Origin: Gemmatimonadota bacterium
Lineage (GTDB): Bacteria; Latescibacterota; UBA2968; UBA8231
Direction: 5' to 3'
Length of the DNA: 20,674 nucleotides
Assembly (NCBI GenBank): GCA_038128265.1
Contig: JAYPJE010000065.1
Span: forward strand, 1-20,674
The notes beneath the pieces were generated by a model. The model did no database searches, had not been told where the DNA came from, and saw only the letters and a list, made by a program, of their open reading frames with translations. The stretch's first letter is position 1; each line of letters opens with the position of its first letter. The position numbers and the translations under genes were made by a program. Below, in pieces: positions 7,294-15,919 of this stretch.

Positions 7294-9279
7294 TCAGAAC
7301 ACGATGCTCGAAACGGCCTTGGAGATCAGCGCCAGTGCAATCGACGACATGCCGACCAGGCCCATGCCGCACGAATAGCCGGCCAGGAGAATGGGCGTGT
7401 AAGAGCGCCACGTCTGCTCGCCAAAGCGCCGTTCGAAATAGTAGCGGCCCAGTAAGGCGCCGATAAAGTTGGGCAGCACGAAGTGCGGCCAGGCGCTGAC
7501 GCCGCCAATAAACCCGTAAAACACCGCAATCGGCCACTTGAGCAGCGACAGCAGGCCGAGCATGGCACCGCTGGAGGCCACGCCGACGAGGATGTAGTCT
7601 AGGCGAATAATGCTACGTATGAGCTCGTTGCCGCCTTCGGCCAGCGTCGACTTGGCCCAGAAGGCCTGCATGGTGGCGTGGAAGGGCCAGAACTTCTGCA
7701 CGTAGGGAAAGGCCGACGAGGGAATGGGGCCGAGCTTCCAGATAAAAGACCAGAAGATAAAGGAGCACACGAACATGATGAGCAGCGTGACGGCAGCCAG
7801 TTTGACGATGCTGCCGAAGCGCGTGCGCGTTAGCTCTAATTGCTTGAAGGCGGCCGCCTCATAGCCCCAGTTAAAGAGGGGAATGGGCGCGAACCACACG
7901 GCGGCGCCCTGATAACCCGATAGGTAGAACGAACCTTCGCGCAGGTAGGGAAAGGACACGCCCTGCGGCGAGCCGGTCAGGCCGATCATGCGCGCGCCGA
8001 TGTAGGAATAGATCGGCGTCCATACAAAGCCGAAGAATGCGCTGATCCACCAGGGGAAGTTCGGCACGAGAAAGTAGACGAGAGCGATAAAGCCGGCCGT
8101 GCTAACGGCCCAGATACCCAGCGCTACCGGAATGGGAATATCGCCGCGATCTTTCGGTATGTCGCTGTCGCCCTCGCGCTGGGCACCGCGCAGGTTCCAC
8201 ATCGTGCGGCCGACCATTGCAAAGCCCATTACGGCCACGACAACGGCTCCGCCGATGGTAAAGCTGAGCCAGAAGTCAAAGTTATTGGCTATTTGCGTGG
8301 GGATGGCCGACATGCCAGGCTCCCAGGTGTGCAGGACATCTATGCTGTATAGGATCGGGTTGACCAGTACATTGACGAGGATGGACGCGGCAAACGAACC
8401 GACGACAATCCAGAAGGGCAGCACAAAGCCGATCAGTACGTTGCCCAAATCGGTGCCGATGCCCATGATCCCGGCCGGCAGCAGCTCCTTCATCGAAACG
8501 GTCAGGTCGATAAAGGGAATGGGCAGAATGGTGACGGTCTGGGTGAGAAAAATGCCGGAAACGGTGGGTATGACGACGTAGAACAGGCCCCAGAGAATGC
8601 CAATAAAGGCGCCGATGCTGAAGACTTCCCAGCGCCATCCCTCGCGCGCGCCGGAGCTCTCGGCCAGCGCGGTGGCGCCGCCGGCCTGCACCGATGCCAA
8701 GGGGTAGGGCAGCTTCTCGATATCGTTGGTTATGCGGAAGAGCACGTAGCCCAGCGATAGGCTGTTGATCTTCTGCATGACGATTACGGTGAGCAGGAGA
8801 ACGATCGGTTTGATCCAGTCGGCGTGTAAAAAAGAGCGGCCGCTTAGCGCGGGTGAGTCGCGCGGCGGCACGACCCAGTCGGGAATATACTGGTGAAGGC
8901 CATCGGCCTGGGGCGATTGAATCAGGTACTGGTCCCAGATCAGACCGCCAAAGGGGCCGCCGAAGAGGTCGGCGCCGGTGCCGAGTTTACCGCCCATCGT
9001 GACCAGTCCACCGGCCACCCAATAGAGAATGATGACTTCCTGCGGGCGCAAGCGCACAAAAGAGCGCTTGGCTATTTCTATAAAGAGGATCAGCGTTACC
9101 CACTCGGCGCCGCCAGCCATCGACTGGCCGGTCACTAGGCCGAGATAGATGGCACCCGGCAGCATGACAAAGCCGACAAAGAGCGCCGCCCACAGCGTTT
9201 TGATATTAAAGCCGGGCTCGAACTGCAGATTGTCTGGGATCAGGCGGATATCCGCGTCGCTTGATTTCTCTTGTGCCAT
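7294..9279 (-). CDS. Polytopic membrane protein, distant OPT/YSL (oligopeptide transporter) superfamily-like, 661 aa
   Basis: Hydrophobic throughout, with more than a dozen TM-like segments. Contains IEKLPYPLASVQAGGA (resembling the OPT e.Lp[FY]P.g.a.a motif), YIGARMIGLTG and C-terminal PILLAGYSCG. Confidence 0.7.
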   Translation of the reverse strand: MAQEKSSDADIRLIPDNLQFEPGFNIKTLWAALFVGFVMLPGAIYLGLVTGQSMAGGAEWVTLILFIEIAKRSFVRLRPQEVIILYWVAGGLVTMGGKLGTGADLFGGPFGGLIWDQYLIQSPQADGLHQYIPDWVVPPRDSPALSGRSFLHADWIKPIVLLLTVIVMQKINSLSLGYVLFRITNDIEKLPYPLASVQAGGATALAESSGAREGWRWEVFSIGAFIGILWGLFYVVIPTVSGIFLTQTVTILPIPFIDLTVSMKELLPAGIMGIGTDLGNVLIGFVLPFWIVVGSFAASILVNVLVNPILYSIDVLHTWEPGMSAIPTQIANNFDFWLSFTIGGAVVVAVMGFAMVGRTMWNLRGAQREGDSDIPKDRGDIPIPVALGIWAVSTAGFIALVYFLVPNFPWWISAFFGFVWTPIYSYIGARMIGLTGSPQGVSFPYLREGSFYLSGYQGAAVWFAPIPLFNWGYEAAAFKQLELTRTRFGSIVKLAAVTLLIMFVCSFIFWSFIWKLGPIPSSAFPYVQKFWPFHATMQAFWAKSTLAEGGNELIRSIIRLDYILVGVASSGAMLGLLSLLKWPIAVFYGFIGGVSAWPHFVLPNFIGALLGRYYFERRFGEQTWRSYTPILLAGYSCGMGLVGMSSIALALISKAVSSIVF

Positions 9280-9286
9280 AGAAGCG

Positions 9287-11206
9287 CTAGTTGCCGTAGA
9301 GCGAGTGGCCCTGGCCCGGGAAAAAGGCCATGTCGATTAGGAACGAAAAGCCAATGGCGGTGAAATAGCCCATGATTAGGCCAATGAAAAAGGGCTGCGC
9401 CTTTTGGTAGAGTCCGATGCCACCTGACCGCATAATGGCCCACTTGGCCAGCCAGGAGACGAAAATCGAAAAGACGATAATGGTCATTGGGTACGAGCAG
9501 ACGCCGACGGGCATACCGATGGGATGCAAGGGCCACCACGGGAAGCGATAGCGCATAAAGGTCAGCGCACCCATGATGCTACCACCGATGCCCAGGTGCA
9601 TTAGCCGCGTCCAGTCGGGTGCAGTGAGGGCAATTTTGCGCAGGCTTTCGGCGTAGGGGACTTTCGAACCGTCGCCGAAGATCCAGCCGCCGTAGTTAAA
9701 AGCGCCAAAGGAATAGCCCATATACAGGATGAAGGCCATGGAAACGACGAGGGCGACAAGGGCGGCGGCCATCACGCAGAAGGTGATGGTGCGGCGACTC
9801 AGCTGCATGTGGTCGCTTATTTTGGCGCTGTTGGCTGAGGCGACCATAAAAAAGCCCTTGAGCTCGTGGTGCCACCCGTAGGAAAGGCCGAGCGCAATAT
9901 TGCTCTCGGGGCCGGCGTAGGGTCCCAGCGTATAGCCGACAAAGGTCTGGCCGACCAGCGGCGCGCGCGAGAAGAGCAGGCCCCCTTCCATTACGATGCG
10001 CGTAATGCCGGTGTAGAGAATGAGCGTGGCGAGAATAAAGAGAATGAGCGTGGGGATCGACATACCGGCCCGATACATCCAAAAGGCGATGTAGAGCAGC
10101 GAAAGACCGCCGCCAAAGACAATGCCGCGGTAGGACATTAGCTCGTTGCTGTCGTCGATCGCATCGTCGCCGCGAATGGCTTTGCGCCAGATATCGCCGA
10201 GGTGTCCGCGCGCCATCCAAATCATATTGGCCACTAGCACAATCATCGCGCCGAAGGACTGCCAGCCGATGGCTGGATGGCCGCCCAGCGTGTAGATGTC
10301 GAGTCCGGGCAGCGAGTAGCCAAAGCGGTTGAAGGTGCCGATTTGCAGCATGGTCAGCACGTTAAAGAACCACAGGCTAAAGGATACGTCGAGGTTGACG
10401 AAGTAGGTGAAGCCGACGATGGCCCAGTTGATATTGGTGTTGATAGCCGGAAAATCGCGGCCGATGCGAATGGGATCGGACAGGTCGCGCGGTATCGGTG
10501 GAAAAGCCGGCGTGAAGTAGGTGACGACGTTCCACATAACCATGAAAAACGGAATGGCGAAGCCAATCCAAAAGGCGGGTTTGCGCACAAAGCCGGGCCA
10601 GTTGGAACCGGGCGGTGGTTCGATGAGCTGGCGCGGCACTTCCATCAGCGCGTAGGGCAGGCGCTCGTGCTCGACCCACTGTTTGCGCAGTGCGGCCACC
10701 ATGCAGTGGCAGAGAAAGAAGATGGCGATGACCAGGCTGGTCCACCAGAACAGCGGGGCAATCCACGCGCCCCACGGAATCGACTCGCCGGCGGGAATGC
10801 CGTTGTAGAACCACTTGAGGGCAATGTCGTCGCGCGGCATCAGCCAGTCCTTGGCGTACTGCACGACCTTGTCCTGCCACTGGTTTTCCGGCGAGGCGAA
10901 GAACTTGGGCGCGGCGATAACGGCGATCATATAGGTCGACGTGCCCCAGGTGGGAATGGAGGCGCCGACCAGCGACATGATAAAGACGATCCCGAGCTCG
11001 CTCGGCGAGAGGCCGGCAATGCGCAGGGCCGATTTGAGCGCGGCGTTGGCAAAGACGAGCGCGGTAAAGAGAAAGACTACGCTCAGCGGCAGGTAGCTAA
11101 TGGCCCACTGCGACGATTTCAGCACGAACATGCTGTAGGGCGCACCGACGTTGATTAGCGCGACCATAAAGAGGCCAATGAGGAAGGCGCGCAGCGGAAA
11201 TATCAT
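9287..11206 (-). CDS. Polytopic membrane protein of DUF6785/DUF6784 type, 639 aa
   Basis: LRAFLIGL start, ELGIVF, WFYNG, IPWGAWIAPLFWW, LRKQWVEHERLPYAL, RYRFPWWPLHPIG and KWAIMRSGGIGLYQKAQPFFIGLIMG, as recalled for this family. ATGA overlap with the upstream stop. Confidence 0.75.
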   Translation of the reverse strand: MIFPLRAFLIGLFMVALINVGAPYSMFVLKSSQWAISYLPLSVVFLFTALVFANAALKSALRIAGLSPSELGIVFIMSLVGASIPTWGTSTYMIAVIAAPKFFASPENQWQDKVVQYAKDWLMPRDDIALKWFYNGIPAGESIPWGAWIAPLFWWTSLVIAIFFLCHCMVAALRKQWVEHERLPYALMEVPRQLIEPPPGSNWPGFVRKPAFWIGFAIPFFMVMWNVVTYFTPAFPPIPRDLSDPIRIGRDFPAINTNINWAIVGFTYFVNLDVSFSLWFFNVLTMLQIGTFNRFGYSLPGLDIYTLGGHPAIGWQSFGAMIVLVANMIWMARGHLGDIWRKAIRGDDAIDDSNELMSYRGIVFGGGLSLLYIAFWMYRAGMSIPTLILFILATLILYTGITRIVMEGGLLFSRAPLVGQTFVGYTLGPYAGPESNIALGLSYGWHHELKGFFMVASANSAKISDHMQLSRRTITFCVMAAALVALVVSMAFILYMGYSFGAFNYGGWIFGDGSKVPYAESLRKIALTAPDWTRLMHLGIGGSIMGALTFMRYRFPWWPLHPIGMPVGVCSYPMTIIVFSIFVSWLAKWAIMRSGGIGLYQKAQPFFIGLIMGYFTAIGFSFLIDMAFFPGQGHSLYGN

Positions 11207-14200
11207 GCCGACACCTCGGCCCGATTAAAGGCGCCGTCGACTCGGCTCTGATAGTCTTGGCGAATGCCTGCTGGCAGCGTGCGCCAAACTAGGAAGCGCT
11301 TGCGCAGCACGTTGAGAAAATTGCGGTTCATGCGCTGCCACGAGGCCACATCGCCGCTGAGTCGATTGATCTGCACTTCGATTTTGTATATGTGGTGCTC
11401 GCCGGTGGGAATGGCGTGCAGCGTCACGTCCTGACTGATGCCCAGATCGTAGGGGGCCAGCCACGCCCGCATGGCGATGGCGTAGGCCGTGCCGTCTGGC
11501 GTCTGCGTCGAATGGAGCTCGACATCGCGGGCGATAAAGTCGCCAACGGAACCCTCGCCGTAGGCGTCGAAGACCGTCTTCAGATAGACGTACATGCTCG
11601 GCACTTCGGCGCCCCCTACCGTAAAGGGAAAGTCAAAGCGCCAGTCGTCGCCCTGCGGCGGTGGAAAGCGCCACTGTCGCGTTACGTCGGGCACGGCCAT
11701 ATTGGCCGCTAGCCGGGCCGGATAGAGCGTCGAGACGTAGACCGTGAGGATGACGATGAGCGTGGCCCAGACAGCCGACAGCGACGAGTAGTTGAGCGTC
11801 AGGCCGCTGAGCAGTTCGTACTGCACGATAAATAGGTAGGACACCTGGCCGAGCAGGTAGCCAGCGACGGCGCCAAAGGTCGCAAAGACGGTCGACTCGG
11901 CGATAAAGAGCATGCCGATATGGCTCGGTGCCAGGCCGACAACGCTGTAGACGCCAATTTCTCGCGCGCGCTCGTAGACGGCCCCCGTCATTGTATTGAC
12001 GACGATAAGAGCGGCGATCAGCACGGGAATAAAGAGCTGGCCGGCGCCGCTTATCTCCGTAGAGCCGATGGAGCTATAGACGACGACGCGGTCCTTCTGG
12101 CTGACAAAGAGCGTCAGCGCCACGCGCGTCATAAATGATTCGACGCGCTCAACAAAGGCGTCGGTGGTTCCAGGCGGCGCCGCAATGGCGATCGAGCGCA
12201 GCTGGCCTTCCATCTCTAAGACGATCTCGTAGGGCAAGAACAGCGAATTTTCTGGAGCCAAATGGCTGAAGCTCTCCAGCGGGGCCGAGGCCTTGGTGCG
12301 CGGATCTTCGGTCGCCTCGCGCGCGATCAGACCGGCGTCGGTCACCGTGTCGACCGGCGTTAGCTCTTCGCCGTCGAGATCGCGCAGCGCAGCCAGGCGT
12401 TCGGAGTCGAACAGGCCAATCACGGTGTAGTCCTGGGCAAATAGGCGCACCTGTGCGGTGCCGACGTCTTCGGGGCCGATGCCGAGCAGGTCGCCTAGCT
12501 TGTCAGGCAGGAGCACGACGTCGCGCTCGTCGGCGGCAAAGAAGCGTCCGGCCGACAGGTATTGGTCGATGCCGGTGACGCGCGGTTCGTCTGCGTGCAG
12601 GCCAACGATGCCGTGCACAAAGCTGCTCCTGCCCCGATCGGGCGCATCGATATCAATAAAGGCTTTTTCAGACTGCACCTGCGACAGATACCAGGCGCGC
12701 GGCACGACCAGCGCATCGGAGGCAAAGGCGCTGCGCACGTAGTCTAGCGTCGACAGCTGCATGCCGCGCCAGGCCCGCTCGCGTACCAGCGCGCCCTCGT
12801 ACTGCGGTTTGGTATCGCGCGGCAGGCGGTAAAAGTCGAGGCTCGATTTTACGGAGGTAAACGACGATACCGTAAAGGTCAGTAGGGTGAGCGTAATCGC
12901 CGTTAGCGCAGTGCGCAGGCGGCGCTTGCTGAGGTTGGAGATGCCGAGTAGGATGGCGGCAAAGCCGGCACTGACGCGCCCGACATCCGTTTCGTGCATG
13001 CCGGCGGCCGCCCCTTTGCGCTTTTGCAGCATCTCCTTGAAGCGGCCGATGACGATGAAAACGACGAGCAGGCCAAGCGCCAAAATAACAAAGGCTAGGA
13101 AGATGATGTAGGGCGACGTGCTGAGCTTGAAAGCGGGGTGCAGCCAGCGCAGCACGAGAAAAATGCCGACGAAAATGCCGGCAAAGGCGACGATCTGCTT
13201 GCGAATTTGCGGATAGCCAAAAAAGAAGCGCTCGCAGAAAAACGAGAAGGGCAGGATGAGCGCAAAATAGAATATGACCGCGCGCACCGTGTCGTTGGCC
13301 GTCGACTTAACTTCCGGATAGATGCGCGCTTCGACGCCCAAGGCGCGGCGCACGGCGCTCTTGTATTCGGTGTAGTTGAGGTTGGCCAAATGGCGCTCGG
13401 CTTCGAGCAGCGCGGATTTGGCGCGCGCGTGCATGAGCTGCAGCTCTTCGACGATAATGCCGTGGCGCTCCAACTGTTTAATGCGTGCTTCGTCGATAAT
13501 CCACATGTCGCGCGCCGCCTGTAGCGACGGATGGAAAAGCACGTTTTGTGCCGGATCGAAGCCGCGTCCCTGCGCGCGCTCAATAACGCCGAGGTCGACG
13601 GTAGATGGATCGAGCGGCTGCTGTAGGAAGGACTCGTCGGCGTTGGTCAGCATGAAGCGCACGCCGGCCAGCGCGCTTTCGCCGCCAAAGGCGCCTTCGC
13701 CGGCGAGGATCTTAACGCGGCTATCCGGCTCGGCAAAGACGACGCCGGCTTGCACCACGCGATCGGCGCGGCCCGACTGATTTTCTATGTAGCTAAAACC
13801 AAAAGAGCGCGGTGGCGCGTCGTTGCTGCCAAGCACGTTGATGCGGTCCATCGCGGATAGGTAGCGCGGATCGACCACCTCCAAAAAGCTGAGCGCCTCG
13901 CACTTGAACAGCACCTGCATCATGCGGTTTTCCCACCATCCGTAGGGCTGCATGCCGGGGTAGGTTTTATCGCCCTCTTCGCCCAGGTCAGGCGCTGAGA
14001 CAATGCGGCCGTCGCCGTCTAGTTCAAAGGCTTGGATGCGGTTTGAAAAGCGGTTGCGCACGATGTCAAAGCGGAAAAAACCCGCCGAGTCGCCCTCGCT
14101 GCGCGCGCGTGCCGTAATAAGGGTGCGCACGCCGGCAATCGAATTGGGACCAGGCTGTAAATACGTGACGAGCGCATCGGCTACCGGCGCTTTGGGCACG

Positions 14201-15822
14201 GCGAAGTTTACGTCGCGGTCAAACCAGTAAATGTAGCCTTCTAAGCTGTGCCCCCAGTCGCGCAGCGAGAGCTTGGTATCGTTGAAAAACTCGGGATCGG
14301 CGGCGGCCTTGAGCAGCAGGGCCGCTACCGTGCGCGCCTGTTCCTGCAGGCCGTCAAAGTCCATGAACTCGATGCGGTCCAGCGGCGTGTCGGCCAGCGG
14401 CCGCAGCTGGTTGGGCGTCACCAGTGAGATGGCCTCTTTGCCGACGAAGACGGCGGCCTCGCTGTCGAGGGCCAGGCGCACGGGCATGTAGTTTTTCCAG
14501 ATGCGCTTAACGGGCGCTACGGCGTCGATATAGCGATCTGCGTTGGAGAAGACCTCGGCGCTGTAGTCGGCAAAGTGCTGCGAGTAGGGCGCCATCAAAT
14601 TTTTGAGATAGTCGTTGTTGCCCCAGTTCGAATTGTAGAACGTGCCCATGGCAAAGCTGGCGACCTGCTCGCTGTGCGAGCTAAGATCGAGTCCGATAAA
14701 AAGTCGGAAATCAATCTCAGCGTCCTCTGCAATGCGCTCGCGAAAGTAGGTGCTCTTGCGCGCGTGGCGGGCGAGAAAATCATTGATGCCGGCCAGACCC
14801 TGAAAGTGGCCTGGCGTGGCGAGGAAGAGCACGGTGTAGCGCGTGCCGTGCTCTTTGAGCAGGCGCGCCGTCTCCAGGAGGGTGGCTATGCCGCTAGCGC
14901 TTTCGGCGCCCGGTGCCAGCGCCGGAACGACCGACATTGCATCGTAGTGCGCCTGCACGACGAGCACCTGGTCCTTCCACTTTTGCACCTGCTGGCGCTG
15001 GCCGCGCGGCATATCTTCGTCGAGGCCGGGGAGGATGGCGTATATATTGCGCGCGGTCGCCTGCTCCCAGTCCATTCGCGCTTCGAGATGCACCTGCGTG
15101 CGGCCGTTTTCGATCTGGGAACGCAGAGCCTGCGCCTCTTCGCTGGCCATCCAAAAGCGTGGAATATCGACGGGCACCTGCAGAAACTTTTCCGCGGCCT
15201 CGCCGCGCGTAACGCGGCCATCGTCGTAAAAAATAATGGCGCGTGCGCCCAGGGCGCGGACTTCGACATAGTTGTTGCCCGAGCCAAAGGCCATCAGGGC
15301 AATGCTGCCCGTCACCTGCTGGCCATCCAATTCGGCGAGCGTGCCGCGACCGGCGTCGATCAGGTGGCCGTCAATGCCGCCGGAGGGCAGCGTCGATGTG
15401 CGCACGCCGTTGGGCCAGAGCGCATGCAGTGCATAGTGCTGGCCAGAGGGCAGGCGCAGATGGGCCCCCTTGTCCATTGGGACCGGCAGCTCAAAGTGTT
15501 CCGAGGTGATGTCTTGGAGGCCGATTTGGCGAAACTGGTCTTCAATATAGCGTGCGGCAGCCGCGGCGCCCGGGTAGCCCGTTACGCGCGAAGGGTGAGT
15601 GCTGAGGGCCTCAATATGAGCACGTAGGTCGTCGGCGCTCAGGCGCTGCACGACGTCAAATACGTCGGGATCGCTGACGTTGGTTACCGTTTCGCTGAGC
15701 GGTTTCCAGCCAATCGCCTCTTCCATACGGGAAGAGAGACGCTCGGGGTTTATTACCGTTACCGACAGGAGAAAGAGTGCGGCAATGGCGATGAGAACGG
15801 CGCGTTTAATTGGCATAGGCAT
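11203..15822 (-). CDS. Large fusion: N-terminal anchor, PA domain, M28 peptidase-like domain, beta-sandwich/helical linker, extra TMs and MacB/FtsX-type ABC permease, about 1540 aa
   Basis: M28-like: LRAHIEALS..SRVTGYPG..AARYI, NIYAILPG and VQAHYD..APGA. PA: GHLIDAGRG..GSIALM..LGARAIIF. MacB/FtsX: NLSKRRLRTALT, GRFF, YTVIG and NTMTGAVYERAREIGVYSVVG..FIAE. Start uncertain (ATG 15816 or 15822, or GTG 15849). Confidence 0.85.
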   Translation of the reverse strand: MPMPIKRAVLIAIAALFLLSVTVINPERLSSRMEEAIGWKPLSETVTNVSDPDVFDVVQRLSADDLRAHIEALSTHPSRVTGYPGAAAAARYIEDQFRQIGLQDITSEHFELPVPMDKGAHLRLPSGQHYALHALWPNGVRTSTLPSGGIDGHLIDAGRGTLAELDGQQVTGSIALMAFGSGNNYVEVRALGARAIIFYDDGRVTRGEAAEKFLQVPVDIPRFWMASEEAQALRSQIENGRTQVHLEARMDWEQATARNIYAILPGLDEDMPRGQRQQVQKWKDQVLVVQAHYDAMSVVPALAPGAESASGIATLLETARLLKEHGTRYTVLFLATPGHFQGLAGINDFLARHARKSTYFRERIAEDAEIDFRLFIGLDLSSHSEQVASFAMGTFYNSNWGNNDYLKNLMAPYSQHFADYSAEVFSNADRYIDAVAPVKRIWKNYMPVRLALDSEAAVFVGKEAISLVTPNQLRPLADTPLDRIEFMDFDGLQEQARTVAALLLKAAADPEFFNDTKLSLRDWGHSLEGYIYWFDRDVNFAVPKAPVADALVTYLQPGPNSIAGVRTLITARARSEGDSAGFFRFDIVRNRFSNRIQAFELDGDGRIVSAPDLGEEGDKTYPGMQPYGWWENRMMQVLFKCEALSFLEVVDPRYLSAMDRINVLGSNDAPPRSFGFSYIENQSGRADRVVQAGVVFAEPDSRVKILAGEGAFGGESALAGVRFMLTNADESFLQQPLDPSTVDLGVIERAQGRGFDPAQNVLFHPSLQAARDMWIIDEARIKQLERHGIIVEELQLMHARAKSALLEAERHLANLNYTEYKSAVRRALGVEARIYPEVKSTANDTVRAVIFYFALILPFSFFCERFFFGYPQIRKQIVAFAGIFVGIFLVLRWLHPAFKLSTSPYIIFLAFVILALGLLVVFIVIGRFKEMLQKRKGAAAGMHETDVGRVSAGFAAILLGISNLSKRRLRTALTAITLTLLTFTVSSFTSVKSSLDFYRLPRDTKPQYEGALVRERAWRGMQLSTLDYVRSAFASDALVVPRAWYLSQVQSEKAFIDIDAPDRGRSSFVHGIVGLHADEPRVTGIDQYLSAGRFFAADERDVVLLPDKLGDLLGIGPEDVGTAQVRLFAQDYTVIGLFDSERLAALRDLDGEELTPVDTVTDAGLIAREATEDPRTKASAPLESFSHLAPENSLFLPYEIVLEMEGQLRSIAIAAPPGTTDAFVERVESFMTRVALTLFVSQKDRVVVYSSIGSTEISGAGQLFIPVLIAALIVVNTMTGAVYERAREIGVYSVVGLAPSHIGMLFIAESTVFATFGAVAGYLLGQVSYLFIVQYELLSGLTLNYSSLSAVWATLIVILTVYVSTLYPARLAANMAVPDVTRQWRFPPPQGDDWRFDFPFTVGGAEVPSMYVYLKTVFDAYGEGSVGDFIARDVELHSTQTPDGTAYAIAMRAWLAPYDLGISQDVTLHAIPTGEHHIYKIEVQINRLSGDVASWQRMNRNFLNVLRKRFLVWRTLPAGIRQDYQSRVDGAFNRAEVSA

Positions 15823-15919
15823 GCGCTGTGTGCGCTGTGAACGCGGCACACGGCGCCAAAAATAGGAGCGGCGTGAAGAGTCTGTCCCTACAGTTTATGT
15901 AGGAGCGCTGGTGCGGCGA

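Noticed and set aside
7283..7537. 85-aa N-terminal extension of the BKACE ORF
   Set aside because: Overlaps the OPT-like gene in another frame. Family homology begins at MSDKLIIS (7282).
14575..15627. 350-aa plus-strand ORF (likewise 10277-11158 and other short overlapping ORFs)
   Set aside because: Antisense or off-frame to well-supported genes, with no protein-family signal.
15821..15919. Small hairpin CCTACA/TGTAGG (15887-15903), TAGGAGCG direct repeat and 9-bp tandem duplication near the fusion-gene start
   Set aside because: Too short to distinguish from chance. Not a convincing terminator, riboswitch or CRISPR remnant.
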